DNA from: Octopus sinensis
Lineage: Eukaryota
Direction: 5' to 3'
DNA length: 64,000 bases
Assembly: GCF_006345805.1 (NCBI RefSeq)
Contig: NC_042997.1
Location: 8,184,001 to 8,248,000 of the forward strand
In this document: piece by piece, positions 39,089-51,222 of the stretch
Layout of the letters: each line of letters opens with the position of its first letter
Numbering within the stretch: position 1 is the stretch's first letter
The notes under the pieces: model-generated
Databases searched by the model: none
What the model saw: the letters and a program-made list of their open reading frames with translations, nothing else
Told to the model about the DNA's origin: nothing
Position numbers and translations under genes: made by a program

Positions 39089-39743
39089 TATATATATAGA
39101 TGTGTGTGTGTGCGTGTTTGCGTGTGTGAGTGTGTGTTTGAATGTGTGTGTGTATGTGCGATTGTCGGACACCCTGCAGGACGAAATATAAGACTTGTCA
39201 AAGGGCGGAAGAGTTCGTATGCAGTCAACGGCCATCCAAAAATATATGTACATATGTATGTATGCATGTATATATGCGCGGAGACGTACACCTACCTGGG
39301 TTGTTGTCCAGGCGCGCGCTTGGCTCACTGTGAGTGGGAGGCCCCTTGTTATTGTCACGAGTTTTACGAGAAGGAAATTCTAAAAGAAAACCCGCGTCAC
39401 TGACAAAATCCGCTGATGTAGACCAGTTCTTCTTTTCGAGTTTTTATTGTCCATGTTCAGAGAGTGAGATTGGATTTGTGCAAATCCTTTCCGCGTCGTA
39501 AAAAATCAGCATGCACAGGCATCCCTTGAAAAAATGTAAGAGCTTTCACAAAAATGGCTGGTCATAGCCTTAGCATACGTGTGATTTTCGATCAGGCGAT
39601 GGCGATACTGGAACATGAGTTTGCAGCAACTACATATATATATATGTGTGTGTGTGTGTAATAGATTGTCTTAGAATGTTTAAGAAGACATCTCAACACT
39701 TCTAAAGCAAACTTCGTTTGTTTCTTTACTTTATATATATATT

Positions 39744-39834
<91 letters not shown>

Positions 39835-40399
39835 ATAATATAAATAATATATAACTATATGTATGTATACAGACATATATGTACATACCTACATATATAT
39901 GTATATATACATGCATATATGGGGACAGGACGTCAACAAAAACGTGAACAAAATGAGAAACGAGAACATAAACAACAAAAGCATAGAAAACGAACTCTTT
40001 TTCGAACAACGAAAGAAACAAATAGAGAAACGAGACAGGCAACATAAAGAACATTTCCTTCATCAGTTGTCCACTGTTTTATCTACTCCACGTTATATGT
40101 ATATATGGTGGTTGTCTACTCCTTATGCAGAGTCTGACTACCTCCTCTACGTACACCTTAGAACCATCATGGCATCTGTTGTGGCTTTTTAAACCAGACA
40201 ATGTTTTCAAATAATATCATATTATTTTGCTCATAAACATTCATCGTAAATTTAAACGAGATTGTAGGTAAATATTTTATTGTAAATTTCTTACTTAACC
40301 ACTTACTGCTGCTGCCCTCTCTCTGTAGAGTACTTTCTTATCTCTTGTTCAGATCCATCAGGACTAACATACTTTACTAAGGACACATACATACATACA

Positions 40400-40433
<34 letters not shown>

Positions 40434-40749
40434 CATACATACATACATACATAGATACATACATACATACATACATACATACATGCATACATATATACAT
40501 ATATACGTACACACATACATACACGCATGCATGGGTGTGTGCATACGCAAGTGTGTGTAGAGAGAGACAAAGAGAGAGAGGGAAAGAGAGATGTGTATCA
40601 TACTTTAAGCAGAAGCATCGAAAACAAAGCAAATTAACTGTGATATTCGTCGCGAGATAATACGTTTTATGGACGTATTTCTGTTTAGAAACACAAATAT
40701 ATCAATAACAGACGAACATCGTCCTGCAGCTTCAGTGGCAATACTTGAT

Positions 40750-41250
40750 ACCCTTTCCTGCCATGTTGGGCGCTGTCAGTAACATGTACTTACGGCTAGA
40801 CACATGCTAACACAAAACCCACCGATGAATACTCGGCATCTTTACAGACTAGATATTGTTGACATACTTATTATGGATATGACATATAATCTTCATATCC
40901 AAAAGTGGGGTTTACATAACCCATTAACCTTCAAAATTCCTCGCTGTTTGGACCAATGAACGGCTCTCTATGTTCTCCAGATTATGGCTCTGCTCCTGCC
41001 AAACTGGGATTACATCTGAAGTTACACGATTCCATATATTGCCAGTTCGCTCCTATCGGATATCTTATAGGCAGCCTGTAGCCTTATTACCGGCTCGATG
41101 AATTCTGTGCGTCACGATAAGTTAAAGAAGAAACTAATTAAACACTTCTTAGTCTTTCAAACGTGGCACCTGCTCCAGCTTCATATCCCAGAGAAACTCA
41201 ATGTTCGAAAGTCCCCTCAAGGGTGTAGATCTCATTCTAAATAAAGGTTG
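40750..41250 (-). mobile_element. Possible ancient L1/Tx1 ORF2 C-terminal relic
   Basis: GC-richer non-repetitive block; the minus frame FLWDMKLEQV..HRIHRAGNKATGCL*DIR*ERTGNIW..VIPVW loosely matches the CCHC region. Heavily decayed. Confidence 0.2.
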
Positions 41251-41649
41251 ACAAAATTGCACTTGATTTTGAAAATGGAAATCAGCTTTATATTGCTACA
41301 CAAAGGTTTCTTTTTTAGTTGGCGAAAAATAACTGATAATTACTAGGTATGATTTGAGTGGTCGGTAATAGGTAAATATTTCACTGTCTTGCCTTCAACA
41401 GACATATTGAAAAGCTGTTTCATGCTTCTCTTAGTGTGCAATCAAATAAAAACGGCTAATGATTTAACAGAATATGAACAAGAGGCGTAACATAGAATAA
41501 AGTCTGTGCGTAGTCGAAAGAATTCATGTGACGAATTACCGACGAGACTGAGCTGTCTTAAAAGATATACTAGCAGCATAGCTCGGCGTTGCCCGGGTAT
41601 GTAAGAGCCCCTAGTAGGCAACGACTAATCCCAATCTAGTCCTTTCCTT

Positions 41650-44600
41650 CTAGGGAACGAAGGCGCATGTGTAGGTTGCAGTGTCTTCTCTGGACTCGAA
41701 TACTTCTGTGTATACGATGTTCCTAGCTGTCCCTTTGGGCGAAAACATGAAAACATCATTGCGCCTCCCAACGCGTGAATAGCCCACGTAGAGTTGACCG
41801 TGGGCGAAGCACTGTTCACCCAAATGTAACCCAGCGACTTGTAGCGTTAGGATTTATTGATGGACATTGCGAAGCAGACTTTAACAGGAAACTGAGAACG
41901 CCTGAAGTGGATTGGTAGGTCAGCGCCCGACGGCTGAAGGTGCATTCGTGGAATGAAGACGTCCTCTCCCTTCCCACAACCGGTAAGTATTGTGGCCGTT
42001 ATTAAATGTGGTGCCAAATGTTTCACAACCAGACGTGTGCCGTTGCACTGTTTAGGTGGAACCAAATTCCTGATGAGCATAATGGGCGCACCGACTTTTA
42101 ACTTTAGGATGTGTGGCGGCAGGCATGGTGGTTCAAGTGAATTCAGGAATTCAACAGGATAATCGGCAAGCTCGGCGGGGTCTGCTGTCCTACCTATAGA
42201 TTTGTAGACGTGGACATCACCAGGAATAGCTTCAAGTAGCTGGATATTGATGGAGTTGACGGTTGTATTTTGGGATGCGAGAATAGCTCTGCCTGCCAGG
42301 CATTTTACATCGCGTAAGTTGTTTTGTAGGTCGTGGAAGACAGCGTCCCGGAGGCTAGCAGGGGTGTCGACAGTGGTGCAAAGTGAGTCCAATTGAACGC
42401 AGCCATCCGCATCAGCCGGCATCCCATTTTCACCGAGCGATAAAAGATCCCTGGAGAATGCAGCGGATCCGCTGTCACCAATCAACTGCACGAGCATGTT
42501 AGTTGCGAGGTGCAAGGGCCGCACATGTTCCCAAAGAGCTGACGACTTAAGGCACGCGCGCACGGCATCGGCACGGGTTCCTTTTGGAATAACAGGTAGA
42601 GTCTGCCTGAAGTCTCCTGAAAGAAGTAAAGTCAATCCTCCCATGGGGGCCGTAGAGTCTCTGATGTCTTGCAGGGACCTGTCCAGTGCCTCAAGGGCGC
42701 CTTTGTGTGCCATAGTGCACTCATCACATACGATGAGTTTGCATCTGCGCAGAATGTCGGCCTGTTCTGAGTTCTTGGCGATGTTGCAGAGAGGTGACTC
42801 GGACTTTGCCAGATTGAGCGGGAGTCTGAAGGCAGAGTGGGCGGTTCTGCCACCCGGAAGCAACGTGGCCGCGAATACCAGAGGAAATTACAGCCAGGGC
42901 AATGTCCGTCTTGCGTCTGACCTGCCAGAATTAGTTTCGTGACGAAGGTTTTGCCAGTGCCGCCAGGTGCGTCAAGGAAGTAAATCCCCCCACGTCGCTG
43001 TCTGACACAGTCTACGATGGTGTTGTAGGCTATGCGCTGGTCTGGAAACAGTCGTGGTTCATTATTTTGGACGTACTGGTGCAGTTCCTCAATGCAGTAG
43101 GAAGTTTCGTATAACAATTCAGCAGATATAACATTGGCGTGTTCACGTGTGGGTGGTGGAAGGCCGTACTCTGTTAAAGCAGAGCCACCCATATCGATGA
43201 CAGCGTCTTCGAGTTGAATAAGCGCAAAATTGTAAATGAAGTTGGTGAACGTGATCTCGGCGGAAGGGCAGTGTTGCTGAGCCCTACGTCAGAAGTACTG
43301 CGACATGTCATCCCCCTGTATTTCATCCAGAGACTTAGTGGGTCACTAAGCTGACATTTTTGAAGGTTTTTTTAGACCACACGAAGTACGATGGAAACCT
43401 GTGGGTACAAAAGCGTTCGAGCGAAGTCATCACGTTGGCATAATTTGAAGAAATCGGTCAACGTTGTGCCTTTAGGGTTGGTGGCTACCTGCGCAGCACT
43501 TTGCTCTGTGAAGTAAATCCGCTGTCCATTTCCCAAGTGTACAGCAAGCTGCACCACACCCGGGTGTCTCTGATGGAGCGAGAAGCCGTAAATGCGCCAA
43601 AACGCTTCGTTGCTGCTCATCGGGGTCAGGAATCTCGGCGGAAATGAATTTGTCAATGTCAATGTCAGTAGTCTCGATTTTATTAGTTAGCCAAATTAAG
43701 ATGTGAGCATGTGGGAAGCCCCGCTTTTGCCACTCGACCGAAAGCATGTGGCACCTGACATGCCCGAAAATCTGACCCTTAACTATCAAATCCATCATTT
43801 TGCCCAAATTCAGACGGAAAACCCTAGCAACGGTGTCGTGTCGATGGGTGTGAGACTGACCCGGGAGGAGTTCGCGAGAGATTTCGTCGCAGTTGGGATT
43901 GCACGTGTAGGTGATAAAGAGGTCCGGCCGGCCGTAAATGCGCACGTAGGTCAAGGCGTCTTGGGTCCTTTCACGCATATATCACGGTCCTCCCGTGAAG
44001 GTGGAGGGTAGAATGCATGGCTTGTCGATGTTGCGAGGGTCAGTTTCTTGTTGCAAGCCGTCACGGAGATGAATGTAGGAGTCGGAGCGAAGTTTGGTCT
44101 GATTAAGTTTAATGTATAGCAGCCTTTCCGATTCCATTTTGGCGGCCATGTCGACGGCGAACTGGTTGAATAGCTGACGACAACGGGGCAATAAGTTGAA
44201 CTCACCCTCCCTGACCATGAACGGGTATGAGTAGAACGCCCTGCAGGAAACCGTCTTTGATTCCGCAGTAGTTTGATTGGAGGGCTGCCGTAAAGGAATT
44301 CCGAAGTGGTAGCCGTTTTCCCCATAAGGGAAAAGCAATGGATACTGAAGCGCGTCATAAGATCTGTGAGTCCCGCTGATCCTGCGTAGGCTGTTACCAC
44401 GGGGGGAGATGATTATGTCACGGCTGTTGTGTTGCTCTCCGTGTATGACTGCGGCAATTTCATTGCACGCAGGTGCGTTGAACGGCGTTCGTGCTCCCCG
44501 TGGGGCCGTTTATCAGCATCAATGACAACGGTGAAGTTTGGAGATGGAGCACTGTCCAAGGCATACCTGAAGCTGCAGACGTAGCTGTTGATATCATGAA

Positions 44601-45894
44601 GCATGGTTTGGAGACGGAGAAGAACATCTTTGCGGGGAACATAGCATGTACCCGGTATTATTCCAAGGCGTACATCAACCTGCTGGTTGTAGTCGGCAAT
44701 GAAGTAGATTTGGAGGAAAGAAGACTGCTGAATTTCGTCTGGCAGAAGTGACCCAATAAGATGATAGACCTGTCCCTGCACTTTGTAAGTAGGCATCCAG
44801 CCTTCTCTAGGAGGAATTTTGGCCCCGAAAGAAGTCATTTGGAATGAGCAGTTGTACTTTCGAATGATTTCAAGGAATTGTGACGATTCGGGGGTTAAAC
44901 CCGCCGCGAGATCCTTCAGTGGTTGAGGTGGTTGCCGTAGGGGTGGCAGGTCCACTTTGCCACCAGAGCAGCACAAACCAGGTGGCTCTCCGGGCCATTT
45001 CTTGGCTTTGCAAAACTGGCATACAATTGTCATTGACCCTATCTTGATGTCGTCACGCAAGGAGAAGTTGATTGTGGCGTCATAGTTGAATGCTAGTGAC
45101 GACCAGAAAGCGGGGGCAGGGGTACGTACACCACGAATGATATCCCAACGTTTGTTGATACTCTCAAGTCGAGTGCGCCGTGCCTCAGCAGATTGAGATG
45201 CGCGTGCGACAGCGGTAGCAGTGGCATATCTTGAAAGCCTTTCAGCTCTCGCCTCAGCACCCTCTGAAGCCCTAACAGAAGCAGTGTTAATGGCATCTCT
45301 GGATGTCCGAATAGTTCGTTGGTCTGGAGTTTCGGCAGATCGAGCCATGGCTATGTTTGCGGCGTTAGCAGCTTGGCGAGCTCTCCTCTGTTGAGGTGCT
45401 TCGGCAGATCGGGCCATGGCTGTGTTTGCGGCGTCAGCAGCTTGGCGAGCTCTCTTCTGTTGAGGTGTTTCGACAGATCGGGCCATGGCTGTGTTTGCGG
45501 CGTTAGCAGCTTGGCGAGTTTTCCTCTGCTGTGAGGTTTCGACAGATCGTGTCCTGGCGGTGCTAGCGTCGTTAGCCGCATTCCGAATGGCCCTTTGTTC
45601 GGGGTTCTCGCGAGCTCTGCGGATGGAAGCACAGGAAGAAGCCCGCATGTTTTGGCTGGACTGTTGCTCTTTCGTCAACCTCGAGCGGAAGGAAGATCAG
45701 TACGCTGCGGCCCTTGTAAGTCGGGTAGAACGTTCGCTAGTAGTTTCAGATGCCTGAGCAGCGGCATAACGGGAAGCTTTTTGCGAGAGGCGCAAGGCGG
45801 TTTCCTCGTGGGTCTCGCGTGCCCTTCTAGCCCTAGCAGCCGATGCCTTGGACGTCCGAGGGCTGAGGAGGGTCCTTCTCTTCTTGGGTGGCAT
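41650..45894 (-). pseudogene. Helitron RepHel protein (NLS-like MPPKKRR, ten 23-aa STPR-like repeats, Cys motif, HUH Rep, Pif1 helicase), disrupted
   Basis: CQFCKAKKWPGEPPGLCC; FQMTSFGA; YALQYPLLFP-like; DLFITYTCNP; VEWQKRGFPHAHIL; Walker A DAPGGTGKT; DECTM; SGDFRQTLPV; LKVGAPIMLIRNL..CNGTRL; FPVKVCFAMSINKS; HGQLYVGYSRV. In-frame TGA at 45697 and 43982, frameshifts near 44485, 42900-42870 and 41845, and internal deletions near 43620 and 43365. Confidence 0.9.
45330..45560 (-). repeat. 69 bp coding tandem repeat (3-4 near-identical units) within the Helitron ORF
   Basis: ggccatggctgtgtttgcggcg(t/c)tagcagcttggcgag recurs at 69 bp spacing; encodes ETPQQRRARQAANAANTAMARSA-type units. Confidence 0.9.
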
Positions 45895-47954
45895 TTTGGT
45901 GGATAGCAATGTGTTTGGCAAAGGTGTAATAAAAAGGAACACGTGGAGTAAGTATCCGAAAATGTATAAAAATGTACAAAAACGGCAAAAAAGCGGGCAG
46001 CAATGTGAGTGACAACAACGAAAAAGCGAAAAGTGACCAAACTTAACAAACGAATGGAAAACGTTTTTTGGTGTATACCACAAAAACGGCTTATAATAAA
46101 CCAAGAGTTTGCAAGTAGCGTCCGAGGACCCTTAGGGTACGTCAAAAATTTAAGGTAAAATGTTTGGGGTGGTAGTTATAAAGAAAGTTTAAACAAAAAA
46201 AGTATTCAAATAACTTGCGGCTGCAGCAGCTATTAGCAGAAGTGGCGGTGTTGGGGGTAAAGTCTCGAATGTAATTTCTTCCTGGTAGGAATTGGTTGGG
46301 TTGAATTATCGATAACTGTTTGATAGTTATTTCAGAGTGTAAGAGTTAAAAAGGTCGAGTTGCGTCCCCTAGACAGTCTGTAGTTTGTGTTAAATACACA
46401 AATCGGTTTGCTATGTGTGCCACATATGATTTAATTAACCGATTTTTTCCAGTAATAAAGTATCCTATTGGAATAAAAAGGGCCATATAGCTCCTTGGAG
46501 CAGACATGATGCTCGTTGTGAATTTTAAAAAAAAATTCCTGCCAATTTGTGAAAGATATTGTCGAAAAGATGTCATCTTGAATTTGAACGCGATTTCCCA
46601 AAATGGCATGATTTTATCGATTTTTTCTGATGGTAAGGTATTGCATGGAAAACTAACATCAGAATTAAGTTTCTTAGGGTAACATTAAGCTTCACCATGA
46701 GTTTGGTGAAAATCGATTGTAAGTTGCGAAAACTACAACAGAAAATGTGTTGCATATAAAAAGGTTAGATTCTCGACCCCATGTCGAATTTATCGATTTT
46801 TTTTCAAAACTGGGGGAACTTTTCAAACTTTTCGTTGCGTTAGTTTTGAATAATGACATTGTGTGTTAAGTTTCATCAGAATCGGTTGAAAGCCGTGGTC
46901 AGGGTGAGGGTACAACCTGACAGACACACAGACAGACAAACTGCCGTTTATATAGAGAGATACGTGCATACATACATACATTCATTCATCTATCCATCCA
47001 TCTATCCATCCATCCATTCATCCATCCATACATCCATCCATCCATCCATCCATCCATTCATACATACATACTTACATGAATGCATACGTACAAACATGCA
47101 TACACGCGCGTGTGTGTGTATATATACACATATATGCACATGTATGTGAGAACATGTGGGTATCTGCTTTTGTAAACGAGTGCGAGAAGGCTATTTAATG
47201 CATGTAATAGACTTTCTTTATTCCTCAAGACTTATGATTTGGTTCGTTGTTTTTATTTCTGCCTGGCTAAACACGTCATGGTAATTCTGACCACTATTAT
47301 CAGTTCCAGTTCATCACAGAAAAACAAATTTCTAAACGTATTTTCTTCTATAAAGATTTATTAATTTATTATTCTGACCAGTACTTCTTCTCTCTTCTGT
47401 TCTCTTGTACACCTTTCTCTCCCTCTCTCTTTCTCTATCTCCCTCTCTTTTTCTCTCTTTCCCTCCCTCTATCCATCTATCTATCTATTTATCTATCTAT
47501 CTTTCTGTCTATTTATCTTTCTATCTATTTATCTCTCTTTCACACACACACATACGCACAAAAAATCATTCCCTCCCTCTCTCTCATACTCCCTCTCTCT
47601 CCCGCCTTCTCTCTCCCTCCTTCTCTCTCCCTCTCTCTCCCTCACTCGCTCTCTCTCCGTAACATTCTATCAGTTTTTTTATCATTCCTTTTCTCACTAT
47701 GTTTTGTGTGCGTCAGAGTTAACTTGCTTATATTCATGTGTTCAAAGCTTTCATATCTCTTCACACTGCCTCTTTACTTATCTTCCATTTTATCTTCAAA
47801 GCCCTTGCCATTTGAAACATACTGGATTTCGCTGTAAACATTGTCCTCTTTCTTTCCGCATTGTGCAGCCCCCTCACTGCAGACATCAATTTGCATTGAC
47901 GTTTCTTCAACTACCCGTAACTAGGGTCTATATACCTGGTTTTCTCTCCCTCAG

Positions 47955-48221
47955 CAAACAAATTGTTTTGTCCAAAATGCGTGAATCCGATTCTGTCAAG
48001 GTATGAAATATATTACATTTTTTTAATTACTTTTATTAGTTTTGCTCATTCGAAACAAACTATGCTTTCGTATTCCATGCTTTTACTCAGCTGCTATTTT
48101 TCCAAATAAATTATATCTTTCGTATAGGAATTGCTATTATTTTCATTTCTGAAGGGATATTTACAGGTCACATCCAGCTATCTAAACGGAAGTGTTGATC
48201 ACCAAATGTTAAGGAATTTTG
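47955..48221 (+). CDS. Pair of candidate exons 47955-48000 and 48155-48221
   Basis: Acceptors ggttttctctccctcag and ttattttcatttctgaag; donors gtatga and gtagga; phase-compatible KQIVLSKMRESDSVK + GYLQVTSSYLNGSVDHQMLRNF. No homology recognised. Confidence 0.25.
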
Positions 48222-48349
48222 GTAGGAAAAAAGAAAAATGAATTAAACACTTAAATAAAATCAACCATAAAACAAATCCTAAATACTTAAATATTGGAGC
48301 TGCACTTCTTTTGCTGACAATAGAGTTGCGTATAAAATAATCTAGCCCG

Positions 48350-49725
48350 GCTTTTACATTTTATGTCCTAATACATCTCCTGATGTGGCTGTGTAGTCAT
48401 ATCCTGGACAAACACTCCCTCTGGCAGGTGCCGCAAATGTAACGAAGACTTTGCCTGGCTGGTTGTAACGTCATACTTCTTGTTGACGTCTTTTCTTGTC
48501 TTTCCATTTCTCCTCTCCCTCTATGTCACTCCTTTGTTTTCCCTCTTTTACAGTACGTCGCCAATCGCCACGGTCACTGGCAACTGCTAATATTGATGTT
48601 GCAGGCATTCCTGTCCCTTTTGCAAACTTCCTTGTATCGTAAGAACTGTCTTGCCACAGACCTAGTGCCCCTAGCAAGCTCTCCGTTGAGTATGTTCTTG
48701 GGGATTCTGCCATATTCCATACGGCTAACATGTCCAAGCCATCTCATACGTCTTTATGTGAGGAGTGCAAACATGCTTAATATTCCTGCTTGCTTCAGGA
48801 CATCTTTGTTGGGGACATGATTCTGCCATTTGATGCGAAGGATTTTCCGGAGGCAGCGCAGGTGAAAGATATTTAGGCGACGTATGGCGTCGTATGGCGT
48901 GTGTATGGCGTCCAACTCTCACTTCCATACCGTAGAGTGCTAAGTACACATGCCTGGTAAATCTTCATTTTTGTGGTCTTGATCAGCTTATTGTTGGAGA
49001 GTTGGGCCATCACAGCAGCTGCCTTGCCAATGTGTATATTGAGCTCAGCATCAAGGAATAGGTTGTAGGTAACGGTAGAGCCAAGATAGGTAAACTTCTC
49101 CACCTCCTGTAGTCTGTGGTCTCCAATATGTATGTTTGGGATGTCCGATGTAGCCTGACCCATGATGTTGGTCTTCTTGAGGCTAATAAATAAGCCAAAG
49201 CTGCTACATGCTTGCTCAAAACGTTTGATGAGCCTTTGTAGGGCTTCTTCTGTGTGTGATACCAGAGCGGCATTATAAGCAAATAACATCTCCTTGATCA
49301 GGATGCTTCTTATTTTGGTCTTGGTAGGCAGACGCGAGATATTGAACAGCTTCCAATCACTTCTACTGTGCAGAAACACTCCATCATCTAATGTCTCAAA
49401 GGCATGTGACAACAGCAGCGAGAAGATGCCAAATAATGTAGGAGCAAGGATACAACATTGCTTTATCATGGAAAGATTTGATGATCCTCAGCAGCTTTGG
49501 TGGACATCCGATTTTTCGGAGCAGGATGAACAGGCCTTTTCTACGTACCAAGTCAAAGGCCTTTGTCAGATCAATGAAGGCCATATATAATGGTATTTTC
49601 TGCTCTCTGGACTTCTGAAGTTGGCGTATGGAGAATATCATGTCAATAGTTGATCTGCTTCTTCTAAAGCCACACTGCGATTCTGGATACATTCGAGAAG
49701 CAATTGATACATACAACTGAGTGGG
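48350..49725 (-). mobile_element. 5'-truncated RTE (BovB-like) LINE, RT to C-terminus, decayed
   Basis: YPESQCGFRRSRSTIDMIFSIRQLQ..FIDLTKAFD, LFAYNAALV (FADD mutated), KFTYLGS, IYQACVLSTLRYGSESW, HLRCLRKIL, RWLGHVSRM, C-terminal ECLSRI*LHSHIRRC. Confidence 0.88.
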
Positions 49726-49764
49726 CAAACAAAAATATGAGACACTGCGTAGTGATTTGTTTTA

Positions 49765-50082
49765 TATTTTGATAAGCCTGGTACTTATTCTATCAGTTTC
49801 TTCTTGTGAAACCAGTAAGTTATGGGGATGTAAATAAACGAGCACCAGTTGTGAAGCAGTGTTGAGGGAGAAACACAAAGACACACACATAGACTTACAT
49901 ATATTCATATATATACATACAATTGATTTCTTTCAGTTTCTGTCTATAAAAACCACTGACAAGGCTTTGGTTGGTCTCAGACTATAGCAGAAGACACATG
50001 TCAAGTTACCACACAGTGGGACTGAACTGAGGACCATGTGTTTTGGAACCAAGTTTGTTACCACACAGCCACACCTGCACCT
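49765..50082 (-). mobile_element. tRNA-derived SINE, family B
   Basis: ctggtacttattctatc..taagttatggggatgtaaataaac..ctatagcagaagacacatgtcaaagttaccacacagtgggactgaac..ttaccacacagcc. Confidence 0.75.
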
Positions 50083-50345
50083 ATGTACGTGGGTGCATGT
50101 GGGGTGGGGTTGATCGGTTTGTGTGTATGTGTGTATGGGTGTATATATGTATGCATGTATATATGTGTATATATATATGTGTACATATTACATGTACATC
50201 TTTATATACATCTAGACATACATGTAAATCTATAGAAATACATATATACATATACAGCTATATATATACATGTATACATATACATCTATATATATACATG
50301 TATATATACATGTATACATATACATGTATATATATACATGTATAT

Positions 50346-50416
<71 letters not shown>

Positions 50417-50429
50417 CATATACAATAGA

Positions 50430-50800
50430 GAGATGCTTTTGTTTCACTTTTAACACGTAATACTGAAATAGTGGAGAAGATGTGATATTGCTGTGGGCTC
50501 GCCCTAGACATGAAGTTAAAAATTGTTTTGCCTATAACACTACATGGACCCAAAGTAAGGCATGTGTAAAATTTGAATGAAATTGGTTGAGTAGATCTCA
50601 AGCTTTAGGGATTTATAGTGGAGAAGATATGATATTGCTACGGTCTCGCTCTAGGCAAGAAGTAAATTTTTTTGCCCATGACAATTCTAGGCCCCTAAGT
50701 AAGACATGTGTAAAAGTTGAATGAAAATGGTTATGTAGTTCTCAAGTTTAGTGATTGACACAGACAGACACACATTCTCAGTTTTATATACATAGATATA
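50430..50800 (-). mobile_element. Probable 5' part of a non-autonomous Helitron with an internal ~130 bp tandem duplication
   Basis: The minus strand begins ATCTATGTATATAAAACTGAGAATGTGTGTCTGTCTGTG, the same architecture as the 46960 terminus; atagtggagaagat..catgtgtaaaa..gaatgaaa..ctcaag occurs twice. No 3' CTAG/hairpin found. Confidence 0.45.
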
Positions 50801-50825
50801 TGTGTGTGTATGTGTGTATTTGTTA

Positions 50826-51025
50826 TTTGTGTCTGTGTTTGTCCCTCCACCATCGCTTCACAACCGATGTTGGTGTTTTTACCTCCCCGTAACCTAGCGG
50901 CTCATCAAAAAGTGACTGATAGAATAAACACTAAGCTTACAGAGAATAAGTTCTGGGGTCGATTTGTTCGACTAAAGGCGATGCTCAAACATAGCCGCAG
51001 TGAAATGACTGAAACAAGTAAAAGG
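50826..51025 (+). mobile_element. 3' half of SINE family B
   Basis: ccctccaccatcgcttcacaaccgatgttggtg..cccgtaacctagcgg..ggggtcgatttgttcgactaaaggcgatgctc..gaaatgactgaaacaagtaaaa. Confidence 0.7.
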
Positions 51026-51166
51026 ATAAAAGAAAGTTTTGCGGGAGCGAGAAAAATAATTCTCTCTTCTGGGTGGCTTTTACAAAGATTAATGCCTGAA
51101 CCACGATATACAAAATTATTTATTTTCTATGGTTATTGACTTTATGAGAGATTTAGTGCTTGATGT

Positions 51167-51217
<51 letters not shown>

Positions 51218-51222
<5 letters not shown>

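Larger units (their letters stand above)
41570..46960 (-). mobile_element. Helitron (rolling-circle transposon) with both termini, non-autonomous through ORF lesions
   Basis: Minus strand: A|TCTCTCTATATAAACGG at 46960; 3' hairpin CCCGGGCAACGCCGAG (41597-41582) 8 nt before CTAG|T (41573-41570); no TSD. Internal Rep and Pif1 motifs. Visibly much more GC-rich than the flanks. Confidence 0.92.

Noticed and set aside
39990-40065. CTGATGA plus a stem in the inverted repeat copy, as a hammerhead candidate
   Set aside because: No GAAA follows stem II in any of the three copies.
45330-45560. Regularly spaced GC-rich repeats that could suggest a CRISPR-like array
   Set aside because: Contiguous 69 bp in-frame coding repeats with no unique spacers, in a eukaryotic Helitron ORF.
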